In this document: positions 9,785 to 20,476 of the stretch, one piece after another | Position numbering within the stretch: position 1 is the first letter of the stretch | How the letters are laid out: each line of letters opens with the position of its first letter | Source: an uncultured Nitrospiraceae bacterium | Lineage (GTDB): Bacteria; Nitrospirota; Nitrospiria; Nitrospirales; Nitrospiraceae | DNA length: 64,000 nt | Reading direction: 5' to 3' | Assembly (NCBI GenBank): GCA_963730935.1 | Contig: CAVSTP010000004.1 | Location: 1,536,001 to 1,600,000 of the forward strand | Translations under genes and position numbers: made by a program | The notes under the pieces: generated by a model | Seen by the model: only the letters and a program-made list of their open reading frames with translations | Told to the model about the DNA's origin: nothing | Database searches by the model: none

Positions 9785-11035
9785 CTACTTCACGACCGGG
9801 ATGTTCTCGGACTTCTTCACAATGTCGATCGGCTGGAAGACGGGATCGGATGCGCCTTTGGAGGACTCAGCCTCGATGCGTTGCAGGAATGCTGCAGGAC
9901 CTGAGATTGGCGCGTAGCTCAACGTGGCCTCGACATCGAAGGTCCGCGTGTCCTTCGGCGTGGGGAAGGTGAAGGTTTCGACGCGCAATTCTTCCGGCTT
10001 CAACACCGTATCCTCGACAACCTTCACGGCTTCAAAGTCGAACATGGTGTTCTGGCCCTTCGCGTCCTGAAAGACCCTGCCATAGACACGCTTCTCCGCA
10101 AAGACCGTCCTGAGATTCTTGCCCTTGATGTCCAGCTGCAGCACGACGGTCGCCCAGGCCGGGTGGGTCGTCGGAAGATTGTGGGGTACGAGGCTCTGCA
10201 CTTTGACCGCCACGGTCGTTTTATCGCCCTCGATCTTCGTCTCGATGTCGAGCTTGGCCGCTTCCTGCCGTAACTTGCCGATACGTCCGGGGAACGTGTG
10301 ATTGGCCACGGTCCGTTTCTTTTCCCCATTCGCCGATTCTCCGGTCTGCTCCGGCATGTGACAGGACTGGCACTCCTTCCCCGACTTGATGGCTTTGCTT
10401 TGATCCCAATTGCCGAGCAGGTCGTTCGTTTTGCCGAGATTGGCCCCCGCCGGCACCGCCTGGTGGCAGTTCAAGCAGAGATCGGATTTGTGAAACAGTC
10501 CCAGCTCCATCGACTGATGGGCGAGGTTCTGGGCGAAATCCTTGTAGGGGCCATACAGCGTCTTGCTGCCCGCAGGTTCATATTTGGGCTCCGGCGGCTG
10601 CTTCGTGCGGTCCACCTGCTTGATGAGGTGGCACTGCGAACAGGCGACGCCGTCCATCTGCGGATCGCCCGACTTGGCCTGATCGATGAAGAACTGGACT
10701 TTATCGGGGAATTCGCGCACATGCGGCGCATGGCAGCGGAAGCACAGCGCCTTGTCCTTGCCGGCAGGCGACGCCAAAAACGCGTCGAGCGAGGCACGGA
10801 ATGCGGGCGAATGGATCGACCGCGACAAGGGAGAGGTCTCCCACTCTTCGAAGACGCGCTCATGGCAGCGTTTGCACTTGTTGGAATTCGGGAAGGCCTT
10901 GTCCATCGTGATGGGCGCTTTGCCGTCCTGCTGCGCCAACAGCCGGTCACCCCACAGATGCGAGGCCGCGCCGCCGAGCAGCACGACGCCGGCCACAACA
11001 ATTGACAGACCTGCCTTTTGCAGCACGCTTCGCAT
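9785..11035 (-). CDS. Periplasmic pentaheme c-type cytochrome
   Basis: Signal peptide; five CxxCH motifs (CKRCH, CFRCH, CSQCH, CLNCH, CQSCH); C-terminal beta-rich domain. Confidence 0.9.
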   Translation of the reverse strand: MRSVLQKAGLSIVVAGVVLLGGAASHLWGDRLLAQQDGKAPITMDKAFPNSNKCKRCHERVFEEWETSPLSRSIHSPAFRASLDAFLASPAGKDKALCFRCHAPHVREFPDKVQFFIDQAKSGDPQMDGVACSQCHLIKQVDRTKQPPEPKYEPAGSKTLYGPYKDFAQNLAHQSMELGLFHKSDLCLNCHQAVPAGANLGKTNDLLGNWDQSKAIKSGKECQSCHMPEQTGESANGEKKRTVANHTFPGRIGKLRQEAAKLDIETKIEGDKTTVAVKVQSLVPHNLPTTHPAWATVVLQLDIKGKNLRTVFAEKRVYGRVFQDAKGQNTMFDFEAVKVVEDTVLKPEELRVETFTFPTPKDTRTFDVEATLSYAPISGPAAFLQRIEAESSKGASDPVFQPIDIVKKSENIPVVK

Positions 11036-11047
11036 TCCCTTCTGCCT

Positions 11048-12337
11048 TCAGAGAGTCTTCGCCCGGTAGGTCAGTATACGAGGCTGCGTGTACTCGTCGA
11101 AAATCTTCTTGGCGGTCTCTCGCTCTTTGTCATCTTTGAGAGTCGCGAGATATTTGGCTTTCAGGGCCGGCTCTGCCGTTGGAATCAGGCTGTAGCTCAA
11201 CACCGCCTCCACGGAGGCGGGAGTCGCGCCGGCCGGAACTGCGAATGAGAACGGCACCTTTCTCGTGTTCCCGCCTTTGATGAACGGATCCGGAATCGGC
11301 CCGCGAAGAATCTTCTCGTAGGGAAGCCCGAAGTGCTTGGTCTCCTGCGCCAGCACCTTGCCCTGCGCATCCTTGACGGTAATGGCCAAATCGAATTGCT
11401 TGAGCACCGGGTCGCCGTCCGGGAAGCTGTGTGGCAAGCTGCCGACCTTGACCAGCGCCGTGCCTTCGACTTTCTCGGCGGACTTGCTGCTGTCGATGTC
11501 GATGCGGGGCATCCACTCGGCCTGAAGGTTACGGTTCTTGAGCAGGATGCCCGGGATCACGACACCCCGGAAATAATGGCGGCCGATCGAACGCGTCATG
11601 GCGCCCCGCTTCGAGGTCGAACTGCCTGTGGACTGCTCCATGTGACAATCCTGACAAATCGTGCCCTGCAGGATTTCTCCCGGCAGATCCTTTTGCGTGA
11701 CGTCTTTCACCTTGTCGAAATGGCAGGAGGCGCAGTAATTGGCGCCGCGGAACAACGGCACCTGCACCGCCTCATGAACGAGATTCTCCTCCGGATCGGC
11801 ATAGGGGCCGTGCATGGTCTTGCCCGGCTCGATCTTGAACGTGGGCGGCGGGCCATTGGTGCTTTCCTTGATCAGATGACAGGACGCGCAGCCGATGCCT
11901 TCGATCTGCGGCTTCCCGGAGATGACCTGTGCGGCGATTTTTTCGGCGTACTGCGGGAACACCGTCGTCGACGGTACATGGCAGGAGAGGCAGCGCTTGC
12001 GTTCGTCCGCCGTGGGATTCGTCTGCAGCCACACACCGAGCACGGTGCGGAACACCGCCGATTCCAGCGAGGTGCCGTGCAGCAAGGCGGCGTCCACCCG
12101 GCCGAAGGTCTTGAGGTCGGGGGTTTGCTCCCTCGCGCCTTTCCATTCTTCATAGTGCCGGTCGTGACATTGCTTGCATTCCTCGGAACGGATGAAGACC
12201 TTCTCGATCTCATCGACCCACTTTTCCGGGCTCTGGCCGTTGGCCTTCTGCGCCACCGCCCCGTCTTGGTAGAAGACCATGACGCCAAGCAGGAGCAGGG
12301 CTATGCACGTTGCGACTATGGGTCGTCTTGTCAACAT
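11048..12337 (-). CDS. Periplasmic pentaheme c-type cytochrome (paralog of the neighbouring gene)
   Basis: Signal peptide; CKQCH, CLSCH, CASCH, CASCH, CQDCH. Confidence 0.9.
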   Translation of the reverse strand: MLTRRPIVATCIALLLLGVMVFYQDGAVAQKANGQSPEKWVDEIEKVFIRSEECKQCHDRHYEEWKGAREQTPDLKTFGRVDAALLHGTSLESAVFRTVLGVWLQTNPTADERKRCLSCHVPSTTVFPQYAEKIAAQVISGKPQIEGIGCASCHLIKESTNGPPPTFKIEPGKTMHGPYADPEENLVHEAVQVPLFRGANYCASCHFDKVKDVTQKDLPGEILQGTICQDCHMEQSTGSSTSKRGAMTRSIGRHYFRGVVIPGILLKNRNLQAEWMPRIDIDSSKSAEKVEGTALVKVGSLPHSFPDGDPVLKQFDLAITVKDAQGKVLAQETKHFGLPYEKILRGPIPDPFIKGGNTRKVPFSFAVPAGATPASVEAVLSYSLIPTAEPALKAKYLATLKDDKERETAKKIFDEYTQPRILTYRAKTL

Positions 12338-12356
12338 TCGTCTGAACGTGCGAGTC

Positions 12357-12866
12357 CTAGTCTCGCCTACAGCCTACAAAGTGAAAGTTAACACCCCAGC
12401 CGACGGGGTCGCCCGGGTCGGCCGGCTCGTAGGTGCCGACCGTGAAGTTGCATTCGTTCATGGCTTTCTTGATGTGCCGTCCGAAATCGAGCATGGTCTT
12501 GACTTCCTTCTTGTCGATTTCCTTGATGACGGACCGCACCTTGATCCCCGCGTAGTCGGCGCGAGAATTGCCAATGACTTCGAACACTGCCACGCCTTGG
12601 GGGCGCTGCAGTTTCAATTCCTTCTGGATCTCTTCGTCGACCTCGCCGACGACGACGCCGAAGTCTTCCCCAAGCTTGGTCGCCTCGTCCACCGTCATAC
12701 CGTCGGCCCCTTCGTTCGCCGTTTGTCCCGGAAGCGGGCTTCCCAGCAGACCGAAGAATACCCCACACACAACAAGGGCCCTTCCCCAACGAAGGGCCCT
12801 CGTGGTGACCTGCACGAAACTCTTGCGATGTTCCCCCAAGGTCGGCGCCTCGCGAAGCCCGATCAC
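12357..12866 (-). CDS. Exported PDZ-like domain protein (start uncertain)
   Basis: GVAVFEVIGNSRADYAGIKVRSVIKEID resembles the PDZ core; hydrophobic N-terminal segment. Confidence 0.6.
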   Translation of the reverse strand: MIGLREAPTLGEHRKSFVQVTTRALRWGRALVVCGVFFGLLGSPLPGQTANEGADGMTVDEATKLGEDFGVVVGEVDEEIQKELKLQRPQGVAVFEVIGNSRADYAGIKVRSVIKEIDKKEVKTMLDFGRHIKKAMNECNFTVGTYEPADPGDPVGWGVNFHFVGCRRD

Positions 12867-12902
12867 CCGCGCGATGGTTTCTCGTTCATCACACCATGAA
12901 AC

Positions 12903-13739
12903 CTAGATTTTCGCAATCGGATCAATGACCAACTGAAACCACGGCGCCACCGCTTTTTGACCGTTCCGCTCCTTGTTTTCCCCGTTCCAGACCGCGAAGG
13001 CGACGGTTTGCACGCGCCCGGGAATCAGTTTGGCCTCGTTGTCCTGCTCTTCGCGCGCCGAGTGGCCGGCGCATCACCACATGCCAGACCCCGTCCTTCC
13101 AGGTCGCCTTGCCCTGCACCCGCCCCTGCTTCTCCTTCGTCGTCAACGTGCTGAATCCGCCGCCGATCAGGTCTTCCACCGAGGACACGCGGCGCGGGAT
13201 CACCTCGAAGGTTCGCACGCCTTCCCGCTGCTTATCGGTGCTTCGGGCGGCCCGCCGGTCGATGTCGCTCTGCCAATCGGCCTTCCAGTGCCAGATATTG
13301 ATGTAGTGGTCGAGTTGGCCCATGCAGAAGAACGCCGGCGCATCGCCGAGCGGAAGGCCAATCGCCACCCCGTCGCGGAACGTGCCGGGCGTCAACCGAT
13401 CATTCTTCGTGTTGTCCTGCCATTCCAACAGAAACGCGATATCGCTCCCGTTGTGGATGGACCGGACGCTCAAGGCGCGCGCGGTTGGCTCCGGCCAGAC
13501 AGGCCTGGTGATCACCTGGCCGCTCAACGGCAGCGTCATCGGGGGAACCTTTGCCCAGGTAGGATCCTCGGGGTCGTCGGCAGGTCGCCCTCGATCAGAT
13601 GGGCGCGGATCACCATGCCTTCGGAGCTCACGAGCGGAATGCCCATGCCGCCCAACACCGCGGCCGACACAAGAATGCAGGAGAAGAGGAAGAGCAGAGA
13701 GCGGGGGGGGTTCTTGGTCGTCTTGCGCAGCATGCTCAT
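12903..13739 (-). pseudogene. DMSO-reductase type II heme-b (ethylbenzene dehydrogenase gamma / NxrC-like) protein, interrupted by two frameshifts (~13577, ~13054) that are probably sequence errors
   Basis: Joined frames read MSMLRKTT...EGDLPT/DPEDPTWAKVPPMTLPLSGQVIT...FRDGVAI...FFCMGQ...WHWKADWQ...GFSTLT...RRPL/EEQDNEAKLIPGRVQTVAFAVWNGENKERNGQKAVAPW. This is colinear with 19440..20393. Confidence 0.8.
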
Positions 13740-13856
13740 GTCCTGGTTGACCAAGCCGAGAGCCGGCGGAAACAGCCTGCGGACCGTCCAGAGGCGGCCG
13801 CCGATGTCACCATACCACAAAACACTTGAGCGACCAATGAACGCGGATTCGGGTTT

Positions 13857-15110
13857 CTACCAGAGACGCACGCGCCGGATCTTGTTCTCGCCGCGCTCGC
13901 AGATGTAGAGGTGCCCGACGGAATCCAAAGCAAGCCCGACCGGAGAATTGACGACCGCCTCGACGCCCAGCAGGCCGTCGCCGTGCTTGAGCGTGCCGGC
14001 GGATTCCTTGGCGACGAACCGGGCCGCGCCGCAGCCGCCCATGTTCTTGTCATCGTAGCCGCTGTCGCCGTTCCCCGCCACGGTGGTGATGATGCCGGTG
14101 GCCGCATCGACTTTGCGCACGCGATGGTTCATCGTGTCGGACACGTACAGATTGTCCTGTGCGTCGAAGACGACGGCCTCTGGCGCATGGAGCATCGCGC
14201 GGGTCGCCGGCTTGTCGTCGCCATCGTAGCCGTAGCGGCAGACGCCGGCGAGCGTGGAAATCACGCCCGTCTTCCGATCGATCTTGCGAACTCGGTTGCT
14301 GCCCTTGTCGACGATCACGACGTCGCCCTTCCCGTCCACCGCAATGCCGACGACGTCGTAGAGGCGGGCCTCCATCGCGGGCTTGCCGTCATCCAGATAC
14401 ATCGACATGTCGAGGCCGTCCGAGCAGACCGGCATGAGCCAGCCGTGATCGTCGCTGAAATCAATGCCGATGGCGTCGCCCGAGAGGACCACGAGGTTGC
14501 GGGCCACGAGCGGCTGCTCGCGTGCATCATCTTCGGCGGACCAGGCGCCGGCAATCGTCGTCACCAGGCCCGTGCGGGGGTCGTAGCAGCGGATCTTGTG
14601 GGCCTGCGTGTCGGCGATGTACAGCACGTCGTCTTTGTCGAAGGCCATGGCCGAGGGCCACGTGAGATTGACCTCGAGCGCCGGACCGTCGCCGTTAAAT
14701 CCATGCTGGCCGGTGCCGACGATCGTGGTGATCACGCCGGTGTCGCGGTCGACTTTGCGGATGCGGTTGCTGCCGGAGTCGCAGATGTAGAGATGGTTCT
14801 GGGAATCGAAGGCGAGGTCGAGCGGCAGATAGAGACCCGCTTCACCGCAGGGCCCCTCGTCGCCGCTGTAGCAGGTTTCACCGATGCCGGCGAAATTGTG
14901 CAGCGTGCCCTCTTGAAGGTCGACGCGCCTGATGCGGTCTGACCCGGACTCGGCAAAATAGAACCAGCGCTCGTGCTTGTCGAGCGCAGCATGGTGCGGC
15001 AGCGGAATGCCGGCCTTGACCGCGCGTTTGCCGTCTCCGGTGCTGCGCGCCTTGCCGTTTCCCGCAAAGGTCTCGATGTACCCGAGGGCGAGCTGAAGTG
15101 CTGTGTCCAT
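13857..15110 (-). CDS. NHL-repeat beta-propeller protein
   Basis: Repeated LYI(C/A)DxxxxRIRKVD...G.ITT.AG.G..GY.GD units. Confidence 0.85.
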   Translation of the reverse strand: MDTALQLALGYIETFAGNGKARSTGDGKRAVKAGIPLPHHAALDKHERWFYFAESGSDRIRRVDLQEGTLHNFAGIGETCYSGDEGPCGEAGLYLPLDLAFDSQNHLYICDSGSNRIRKVDRDTGVITTIVGTGQHGFNGDGPALEVNLTWPSAMAFDKDDVLYIADTQAHKIRCYDPRTGLVTTIAGAWSAEDDAREQPLVARNLVVLSGDAIGIDFSDDHGWLMPVCSDGLDMSMYLDDGKPAMEARLYDVVGIAVDGKGDVVIVDKGSNRVRKIDRKTGVISTLAGVCRYGYDGDDKPATRAMLHAPEAVVFDAQDNLYVSDTMNHRVRKVDAATGIITTVAGNGDSGYDDKNMGGCGAARFVAKESAGTLKHGDGLLGVEAVVNSPVGLALDSVGHLYICERGENKIRRVRLW

Positions 15111-15133
15111 GGCGTCCTGATCCGTCGCGCCGC

Positions 15134-15400
15134 TTAGGCGCGGGTCGCCGGCTGCGCGGTCGGCTGTTCAACGGCCGGCGCCGTGTTCGACTGGATGGAC
15201 GCCTGAGGCGCCGCCATCTGCTGCTGGGCCGCGGCTTCTGCCTCGGCTTCGATAGCGTCCGCTTCATGCACCGACTTCTTGAAGCCCTTGATGGCCTTCC
15301 CGAGTCCTTCTCCCAGCTGCGGCAGCTTGCCCGCACCGAAAATGATCAAAACGATGAAGAGGATCAGGATCAGCTCTGTAAATCCCATACTCCCAAACAT
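15134..15400 (-). CDS. tatA: Twin-arginine translocase subunit TatA/E
   Basis: [50 protein letters not shown] before 15400. Confidence 0.92.
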   Translation of the reverse strand: MFGSMGFTELILILFIVLIIFGAGKLPQLGEGLGKAIKGFKKSVHEADAIEAEAEAAAQQQMAAPQASIQSNTAPAVEQPTAQPATRA

Positions 15401-15425
15401 GGTGTGTTCCTCCGGTAAGAGTGAA

Positions 15426-16226
15426 TCAGGATGCGCTCGTTTTACTCCGTTTGGCAAAGCGTTCTTTCAACCGCTGACGCGCCTGCTCGGCCTGTTCGAA
15501 CATTTTGCACTTGTCATAGACGCTGATCAGATTGTAGTAGGCCAGGGGCTCGTCCGCATTGTGCTCGACGGCGTCTTCCATGACCTTGATCGCCAGGTCC
15601 GATTTCTTGTGAATGAGGGCCAGCTCCATCAGCTTGAAACTGCCCTCGAGATGCTTGGGATCCAGCTCGAGCGTGCGGAGATAGCACTGGATCGCCGCAT
15701 CGATCGTGTTGTAGTCGGAGACCTGGGGATTGTCGAGCTCGACGTAGATGCCCGCAAGATTGTACCAGGCCATCGGGTCGTCCGGCGTGATCTCGACCAG
15801 CCGTTCATAAAAGCCCTTGGCGTCCATATACTTTTTCTTGTCGGCGCAGAGCCGGCCCAGGTTGAAGAGCGCCAGCACGTCGTGCGGGAACACGTCCAGC
15901 GCGCGCTTGAACTCAGCTTCGGCTTCATCCGCCATGTTCTTGGTCGCGTAGATCGTGCCGAGATTCGAGTAGTACATGGCGAGTGAGCGGTTCATTTCCG
16001 CCCGGATACCTTCCGCCATTTCAATCGACTTCTTCACTTCGACCAAGGCGTCGTCCAACCGGCCCTTGCTGAAATAGAGCTCACCCAGACGGCAACGGGC
16101 TTGAAAATCGTCCGGCTCGGCGGCCAGCAGCTTTTCAATTTCGATGATTTCCTCATCCGGGTTCAACGGCTGATCGCCAGGATCCACTGCTGCCCTGCTC
16201 TGCTCCGATGACGTGGTTTCGTCCAT
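15426..16226 (-). CDS. Tetratricopeptide repeat protein
   Basis: Multiple TPR units (YYSNLG, ALFNLG, AWYNLA, AYYNL). Confidence 0.9.
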   Translation of the reverse strand: MDETTSSEQSRAAVDPGDQPLNPDEEIIEIEKLLAAEPDDFQARCRLGELYFSKGRLDDALVEVKKSIEMAEGIRAEMNRSLAMYYSNLGTIYATKNMADEAEAEFKRALDVFPHDVLALFNLGRLCADKKKYMDAKGFYERLVEITPDDPMAWYNLAGIYVELDNPQVSDYNTIDAAIQCYLRTLELDPKHLEGSFKLMELALIHKKSDLAIKVMEDAVEHNADEPLAYYNLISVYDKCKMFEQAEQARQRLKERFAKRSKTSAS

Positions 16227-16257
16227 GACAAGCCCCTATGGCAAAAGATTACACAGG

Positions 16258-17374
16258 TTACACATGTCCGCCGACCAACGAATCGGACGTTCTCATCACC
16301 GCCTGGTCCGCCACGGAGTCGGACGCATCGCGCCGGTAGCGGTCCATCGTCAACAACATGACACCCAAGACGACCATCAGCGTCAAATTCGAGTACAAGA
16401 GGGCATAGCCCGCGATAAACATGAGCCCCAGGCCGTAGCCCGCCAGCCGCCCCATGGTCAGCAGCTTGATCACAGTGTAGGACCAACACAGAAGGCCGGC
16501 CATATACAGCGCGAACGGAAGATAAAAGGTGTATCCCATCCCGAACTGGAAAATCCACCCGATGCCGTCCGCGGCCTTGCGGATGTTATTGGCAAGCGCC
16601 GGGTTGTATTGATTGAGCAGATAATCCAGGAAGAACATCGAGACGAAGATTGCCGCAGCCGTGCTCCAGAACCAGATGGCACGGTGCCGCTGGCGCTGAT
16701 TGCGCGACCGGAACGACACGCCCCGCCCGTACGCCCAGAAGACCAGAATGCTGGCAAGCACCATGAAGGCTTCACCGGCCCGGTGCGCTTCGTACACCAT
16801 CGGCGGCGCGACTACGGTCCCTGACAAAACTGAAGAAGGTGGAGACGATCTGGTAATAGAGCCATCCCCCGATGCCCAAAAGATAGGTGATGCCAAGGAG
16901 CCGGTGCGACCGGTCGTGATGCGTCGACAGATATTCGCTCATCAGCAGGACGATCGCCGAGAGGGCCACGGTGTTGTAAATGGCCGAGCCGAGCATGGAC
17001 GGCGGCACAAACAGAAATCCGATCGTCAGCAGCAGCAATAGCGCAATGCAGGGTGCGATGAAGCGGGTCAATCCGGTGAACCCGCGGGCGGCCAGCCGAT
17101 TCGCCATACCGACCGTGAGGCCGAGAAACAACAGAATCGCAACGACGTTTAGGAGCCACTGCCCGACTTCGGTCAGAGCCGTAAAGGTCGGGATGATCCA
17201 CTGGTGATCGGCGGCCAGCTTGCTCAGGTGCATGCCGAGCCGGGACACCAGCCGGTAGAGGATCAACTCGAGGAAGGCGACCAAGAGCACGAGCTTGATC
17301 GTGTACTGGAAGAGGAGCGGCTGATCGCTCAGCCTTCCGGTGATGCGTTCGATGGTGGTTGCAGTTGCCGGCAC
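16258..17374 (-). pseudogene. Polytopic membrane protein of unknown function, split by one frameshift at ~16827 (T run; likely error)
   Basis: The hydrophobic ORFs 16772..17374 and 16258..16896 join in register at FFS/LSGTVVAPPM. Confidence 0.65.
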
Positions 17375-17397
17375 GAATGCTCCGACGATGGTTAAAA

Positions 17398-17427
17398 ATT
17401 ATACCGACCGGCAAAAAAACCGGTCAA
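17398..17427 (-). promoter_or_regulatory. Putative sigma70 promoter
   Basis: TTGACC-N18-TATAAT on the minus strand, upstream of the membrane protein/TPR/tatA/NHL/NxrC-like/cytochrome run. Confidence 0.6.
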
Positions 17428-17443
17428 CCCTGCCCGCCTTCAG

Positions 17444-19225
17444 TTACGACTGTGCCGCGGAGACCGCGCCCCGCTCTTCCGCCTTGGCCCGTGCGATGTA
17501 CAGCAGCCCGTCCGCCATCGAGTAGTTGAACGGCAGCTCGCACACCACTTCGCTGATTTTTTCGTACACGTGCTGATAGAGCCGCTCGGCCTCGTCGGGC
17601 GTCATGCCTTCCTGTACTTCGTAGAAGAACCCGAGGCTCAGATCTTCGGCCGATGGCCGCATGATCCGCCGGATGCCGTAGCCGCCCGGATCGCTCATGA
17701 TCGGCGCTTCCTTCTCGAGATCGAACAGGCAGGGCTGGCAGGAGAAGCCGTAGGACTCGTTCAGCTTCTTGTTCTCCACGATGAAATTCATCGTCTCCAG
17801 CGCTTCCTCTTCCTTCTCGGTCGGGAAGCCGACGATGATGTAGCAGTGCACGGCCATGCCGAGATCGACGCAGTCGCTTGCGATCCGCCGCACCCACTCC
17901 TGCTGGATGCCCTTCTTCATGAAATCCATAATCCGCTGATTGAACGACTCGAGGCCGAAGACGATTTTCAGGCAGCCGGCGTCCCGCATGGAGGCGAGCA
18001 GTTCGCGCGTCAGATGCTTCTCGAAGCGCATCTCGCACGTCCACCTCACGTCGAGCCGGCGCTCGATCATCTGCAGGCAGAGCCGCTTGGTCGGCGACAG
18101 CGCGAAGCATTCATCGGTAAAGAAGAAGTTCCGCACGCCGTAGCGCTGCTTGAGCCATTCCAGTTCCTCGATCGTGCGGCCCGGCTCCTTCTGCCGGAAA
18201 TTCTGGTGGTCCAGCGTCAAGGCGCAGAACGCGCAGTCCTTGTAGTAACAGCCGCGGGAGAACTGCACGGGCAGCACCGGCTCGGGCGAGAGATAGCGGC
18301 CCAACGGGAAGCCGTCGTAGTTGGGCGCGGGCAATTGATTGACGTTCTCCGAATAAAACGGCTGGTTCACCTGGATCTTGCCGTTCTGGCGGTAGATTAA
18401 GTTGGGGACCTGGCTGAAATCCTTCTTTCCTGCCATCTGGTTCACCAGTTCGAGCAAGGCGGTCTCCCCTTCGAAGACCACGATGTCGTCGGTGATGTCG
18501 AAGAGATTGGGACAGCGGCGGAGATTGTCGACCAGTCGCGTGAAGATGCTGCCGCCGATCGTCAGATGGATGTCGGGCGCCGTTTCCTTAATGAGCCGGC
18601 AGAGCGTGAGGCCCGGAATGATCTGCGAGGTGGCCGTGATGGAGACCCCGATCAGTTCCGGACGGTCGGCGATGATCGAAGGGAGGAAGCGTTCGCGGAA
18701 CAGCTTAATGTATGGATTCTGCTGCTCGTCGCGGATGACCTTCATCAAGTCCTTGGACGAGTAAATGGAATACGTGCTGAATTGATTGTCGACCACCGTG
18801 AGCCGCGTCGGGAAGTAGACCGTGGACAGCACTTCGAGCCACTTGTCGATCAAAAAGAGGCTTTCCCGGTAGGCTTCCATGTCGTAGAAGCCCTCGCTGC
18901 GAAGCGTATCCTTCGCCAATTCAATGCGGTCGATCAGATAGGGAAACCGGTCGAGGGATTCGGTGACTCTCGCCAGATGCTCGGCGCTGCCTGGGCCCGT
19001 TTCACCGGCCCGTTCCCGCTCAAGCGCCTGTTTCTTGTCGAGCAATTCCTGATACAGCCCGGCGCCATAGGATTTAGTGACGACCTCATCGAGGAGTTCG
19101 ATCCCCAGATCGCGCTGAGTCACATTGGTCACACCGGCCTGGGCAAGGAAGCCTGTCAGCGAGGGTAGACTGAGATAGGGTTGAGACGGATGCCAGGTCG
19201 GTGGAAAAAGCAGTGAGACTTTCAT
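17444..19225 (-). CDS. B12-binding domain radical SAM protein
   Basis: N-terminal LLFPP...PYLSLPSL cobalamin-binding region, GGS, EGE, RGCYYKDCAFC (Cx4Cx2C), FTDE, GLES, and YIIVGFPTE. Confidence 0.9.
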   Translation of the reverse strand: MKVSLLFPPTWHPSQPYLSLPSLTGFLAQAGVTNVTQRDLGIELLDEVVTKSYGAGLYQELLDKKQALERERAGETGPGSAEHLARVTESLDRFPYLIDRIELAKDTLRSEGFYDMEAYRESLFLIDKWLEVLSTVYFPTRLTVVDNQFSTYSIYSSKDLMKVIRDEQQNPYIKLFRERFLPSIIADRPELIGVSITATSQIIPGLTLCRLIKETAPDIHLTIGGSIFTRLVDNLRRCPNLFDITDDIVVFEGETALLELVNQMAGKKDFSQVPNLIYRQNGKIQVNQPFYSENVNQLPAPNYDGFPLGRYLSPEPVLPVQFSRGCYYKDCAFCALTLDHQNFRQKEPGRTIEELEWLKQRYGVRNFFFTDECFALSPTKRLCLQMIERRLDVRWTCEMRFEKHLTRELLASMRDAGCLKIVFGLESFNQRIMDFMKKGIQQEWVRRIASDCVDLGMAVHCYIIVGFPTEKEEEALETMNFIVENKKLNESYGFSCQPCLFDLEKEAPIMSDPGGYGIRRIMRPSAEDLSLGFFYEVQEGMTPDEAERLYQHVYEKISEVVCELPFNYSMADGLLYIARAKAEERGAVSAAQS

Positions 19226-19349
19226 GCCTAATCTCTACCGAGAGAATTGAAAAATAAGATAAATCTCGAAAGATATGGACCTAATTTTATACACTCCGCC
19301 CCCGCGCAAATGCAACCCTCTCCGCGGCGCAAAAGCGCTCCCATAAATA

Positions 19350-19382
19350 GAAAAGCCCCAGTTCGGAGAACTGGGGCTTTTC
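19350..19382. terminator. Rho-independent terminator downstream of the nxrC candidate
   Basis: GAAAAGCCCCAGTTC-GGA-GAACTGGGGCTTTTC is a perfect inverted repeat with A/T tails on both sides. Confidence 0.85.
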
Positions 19383-19439
19383 ATCGGGATGGCTGCTCCA
19401 CCCTGAAGGGATGGAACATGGTCACTCAACCCGTTCAGC

Positions 19440-20393
19440 TCACGGAAGTTTGAGCGTGAACCAGGTGGAGAGCGCCTTCATGCCGTTACGCTCGATATTG
19501 TTGCCGTCCCACACCGCGAACGCGATGGGCACGGACATTCCTGCCTTGAACTGCGTGTCGTTCGCATCGCCTGTTTCCATCGAACGCTTCACGACTATGC
19601 GCCAGGTCGGGCCGCTATAGCCGCCGCCCTTGACTGAACCGGCTGGCTCCCACACGCCATTCCCGATCACGTCCTGATGGGCTTGGGTGGTCAAGGTGCT
19701 GAAGCCGTTGGCGTTCAGATCCTCAACGGAGCTCACACGCAGGGTCGGATCCGACATGATGTTGCCTGACCAAATGCCGGGATTGAAGGGTCCAAGGCTG
19801 CGGCCGATCCGGTCCGGATAGGTCACACCGCCGGCGGGCTCTTCAAAGTAGTAATCCCAGAATATGCCGGGATATTGATCGTCCACATCCCAGAGGCCCG
19901 CACTGTCCTTGCCGAGGTCCTTTTGCCATTCCGCGTTCCACCGCCAGATGTTGGTGGTCCCGCCAGACTGCCCCATGCACTGGAACGGCGGCGCACCCGA
20001 GGTATTCACTGGGAACATGATCGCGGCCTGGTCACGGAAGTCCTGTGGACCAATCGTCGTATCGTTCTTGGTCTGATCGCTCCACTCGACGCGCAACCCG
20101 ACTTCCTTCCCGTTGCTCATGGCCTTCACGAACACCGACTTCACCGAGATGTTCGGGTGCATTGGCGTGGTGATCAATTGGCCGCTCAATGGCACGATGA
20201 CACCGGGAACGCTCTCCCACACAGGGTTCGCCCCATCCATCGGGATGGGCCCCTTGACCGCCTTCGCCGGGATGGTCACCGGTTGGCTGACGGCCAACGG
20301 TACCTGCCCAATCGTCAACATCACGCCAACGATCAGGGCAGAGAGAAGAATGCCAAACACCACAGACTTGTTGTGTGTCTGCACTACTCTCAT
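19440..20393 (-). CDS. nxrC: DMSO-reductase type II heme-b subunit; nitrite oxidoreductase gamma subunit candidate
   Basis: N-terminal signal/TM; EbdC-like DOMON fold motifs (FRDQAAIMFP, CMGQ, WRWNAEWQ, IAFAVWDG..ERNGMK with the Met/Lys heme-b ligand candidates); adjacent to a TorD-type chaperone. Confidence 0.75.
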   Translation of the reverse strand: MRVVQTHNKSVVFGILLSALIVGVMLTIGQVPLAVSQPVTIPAKAVKGPIPMDGANPVWESVPGVIVPLSGQLITTPMHPNISVKSVFVKAMSNGKEVGLRVEWSDQTKNDTTIGPQDFRDQAAIMFPVNTSGAPPFQCMGQSGGTTNIWRWNAEWQKDLGKDSAGLWDVDDQYPGIFWDYYFEEPAGGVTYPDRIGRSLGPFNPGIWSGNIMSDPTLRVSSVEDLNANGFSTLTTQAHQDVIGNGVWEPAGSVKGGGYSGPTWRIVVKRSMETGDANDTQFKAGMSVPIAFAVWDGNNIERNGMKALSTWFTLKLP

Positions 20394-20476
20394 GGACTAT
20401 GCCCTCCTCTCGATTAAATGATTAAGATTGACCCAAAATTGCTGCATAAAAGCGAACACCGACTCAACACGAAGCG

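Noticed and set aside
12903..13739. Programmed ribosomal frameshifting in the NxrC-like gene
   Set aside because: There are no slippery heptamers at the breakpoints, and similar indels are scattered through many unrelated genes.
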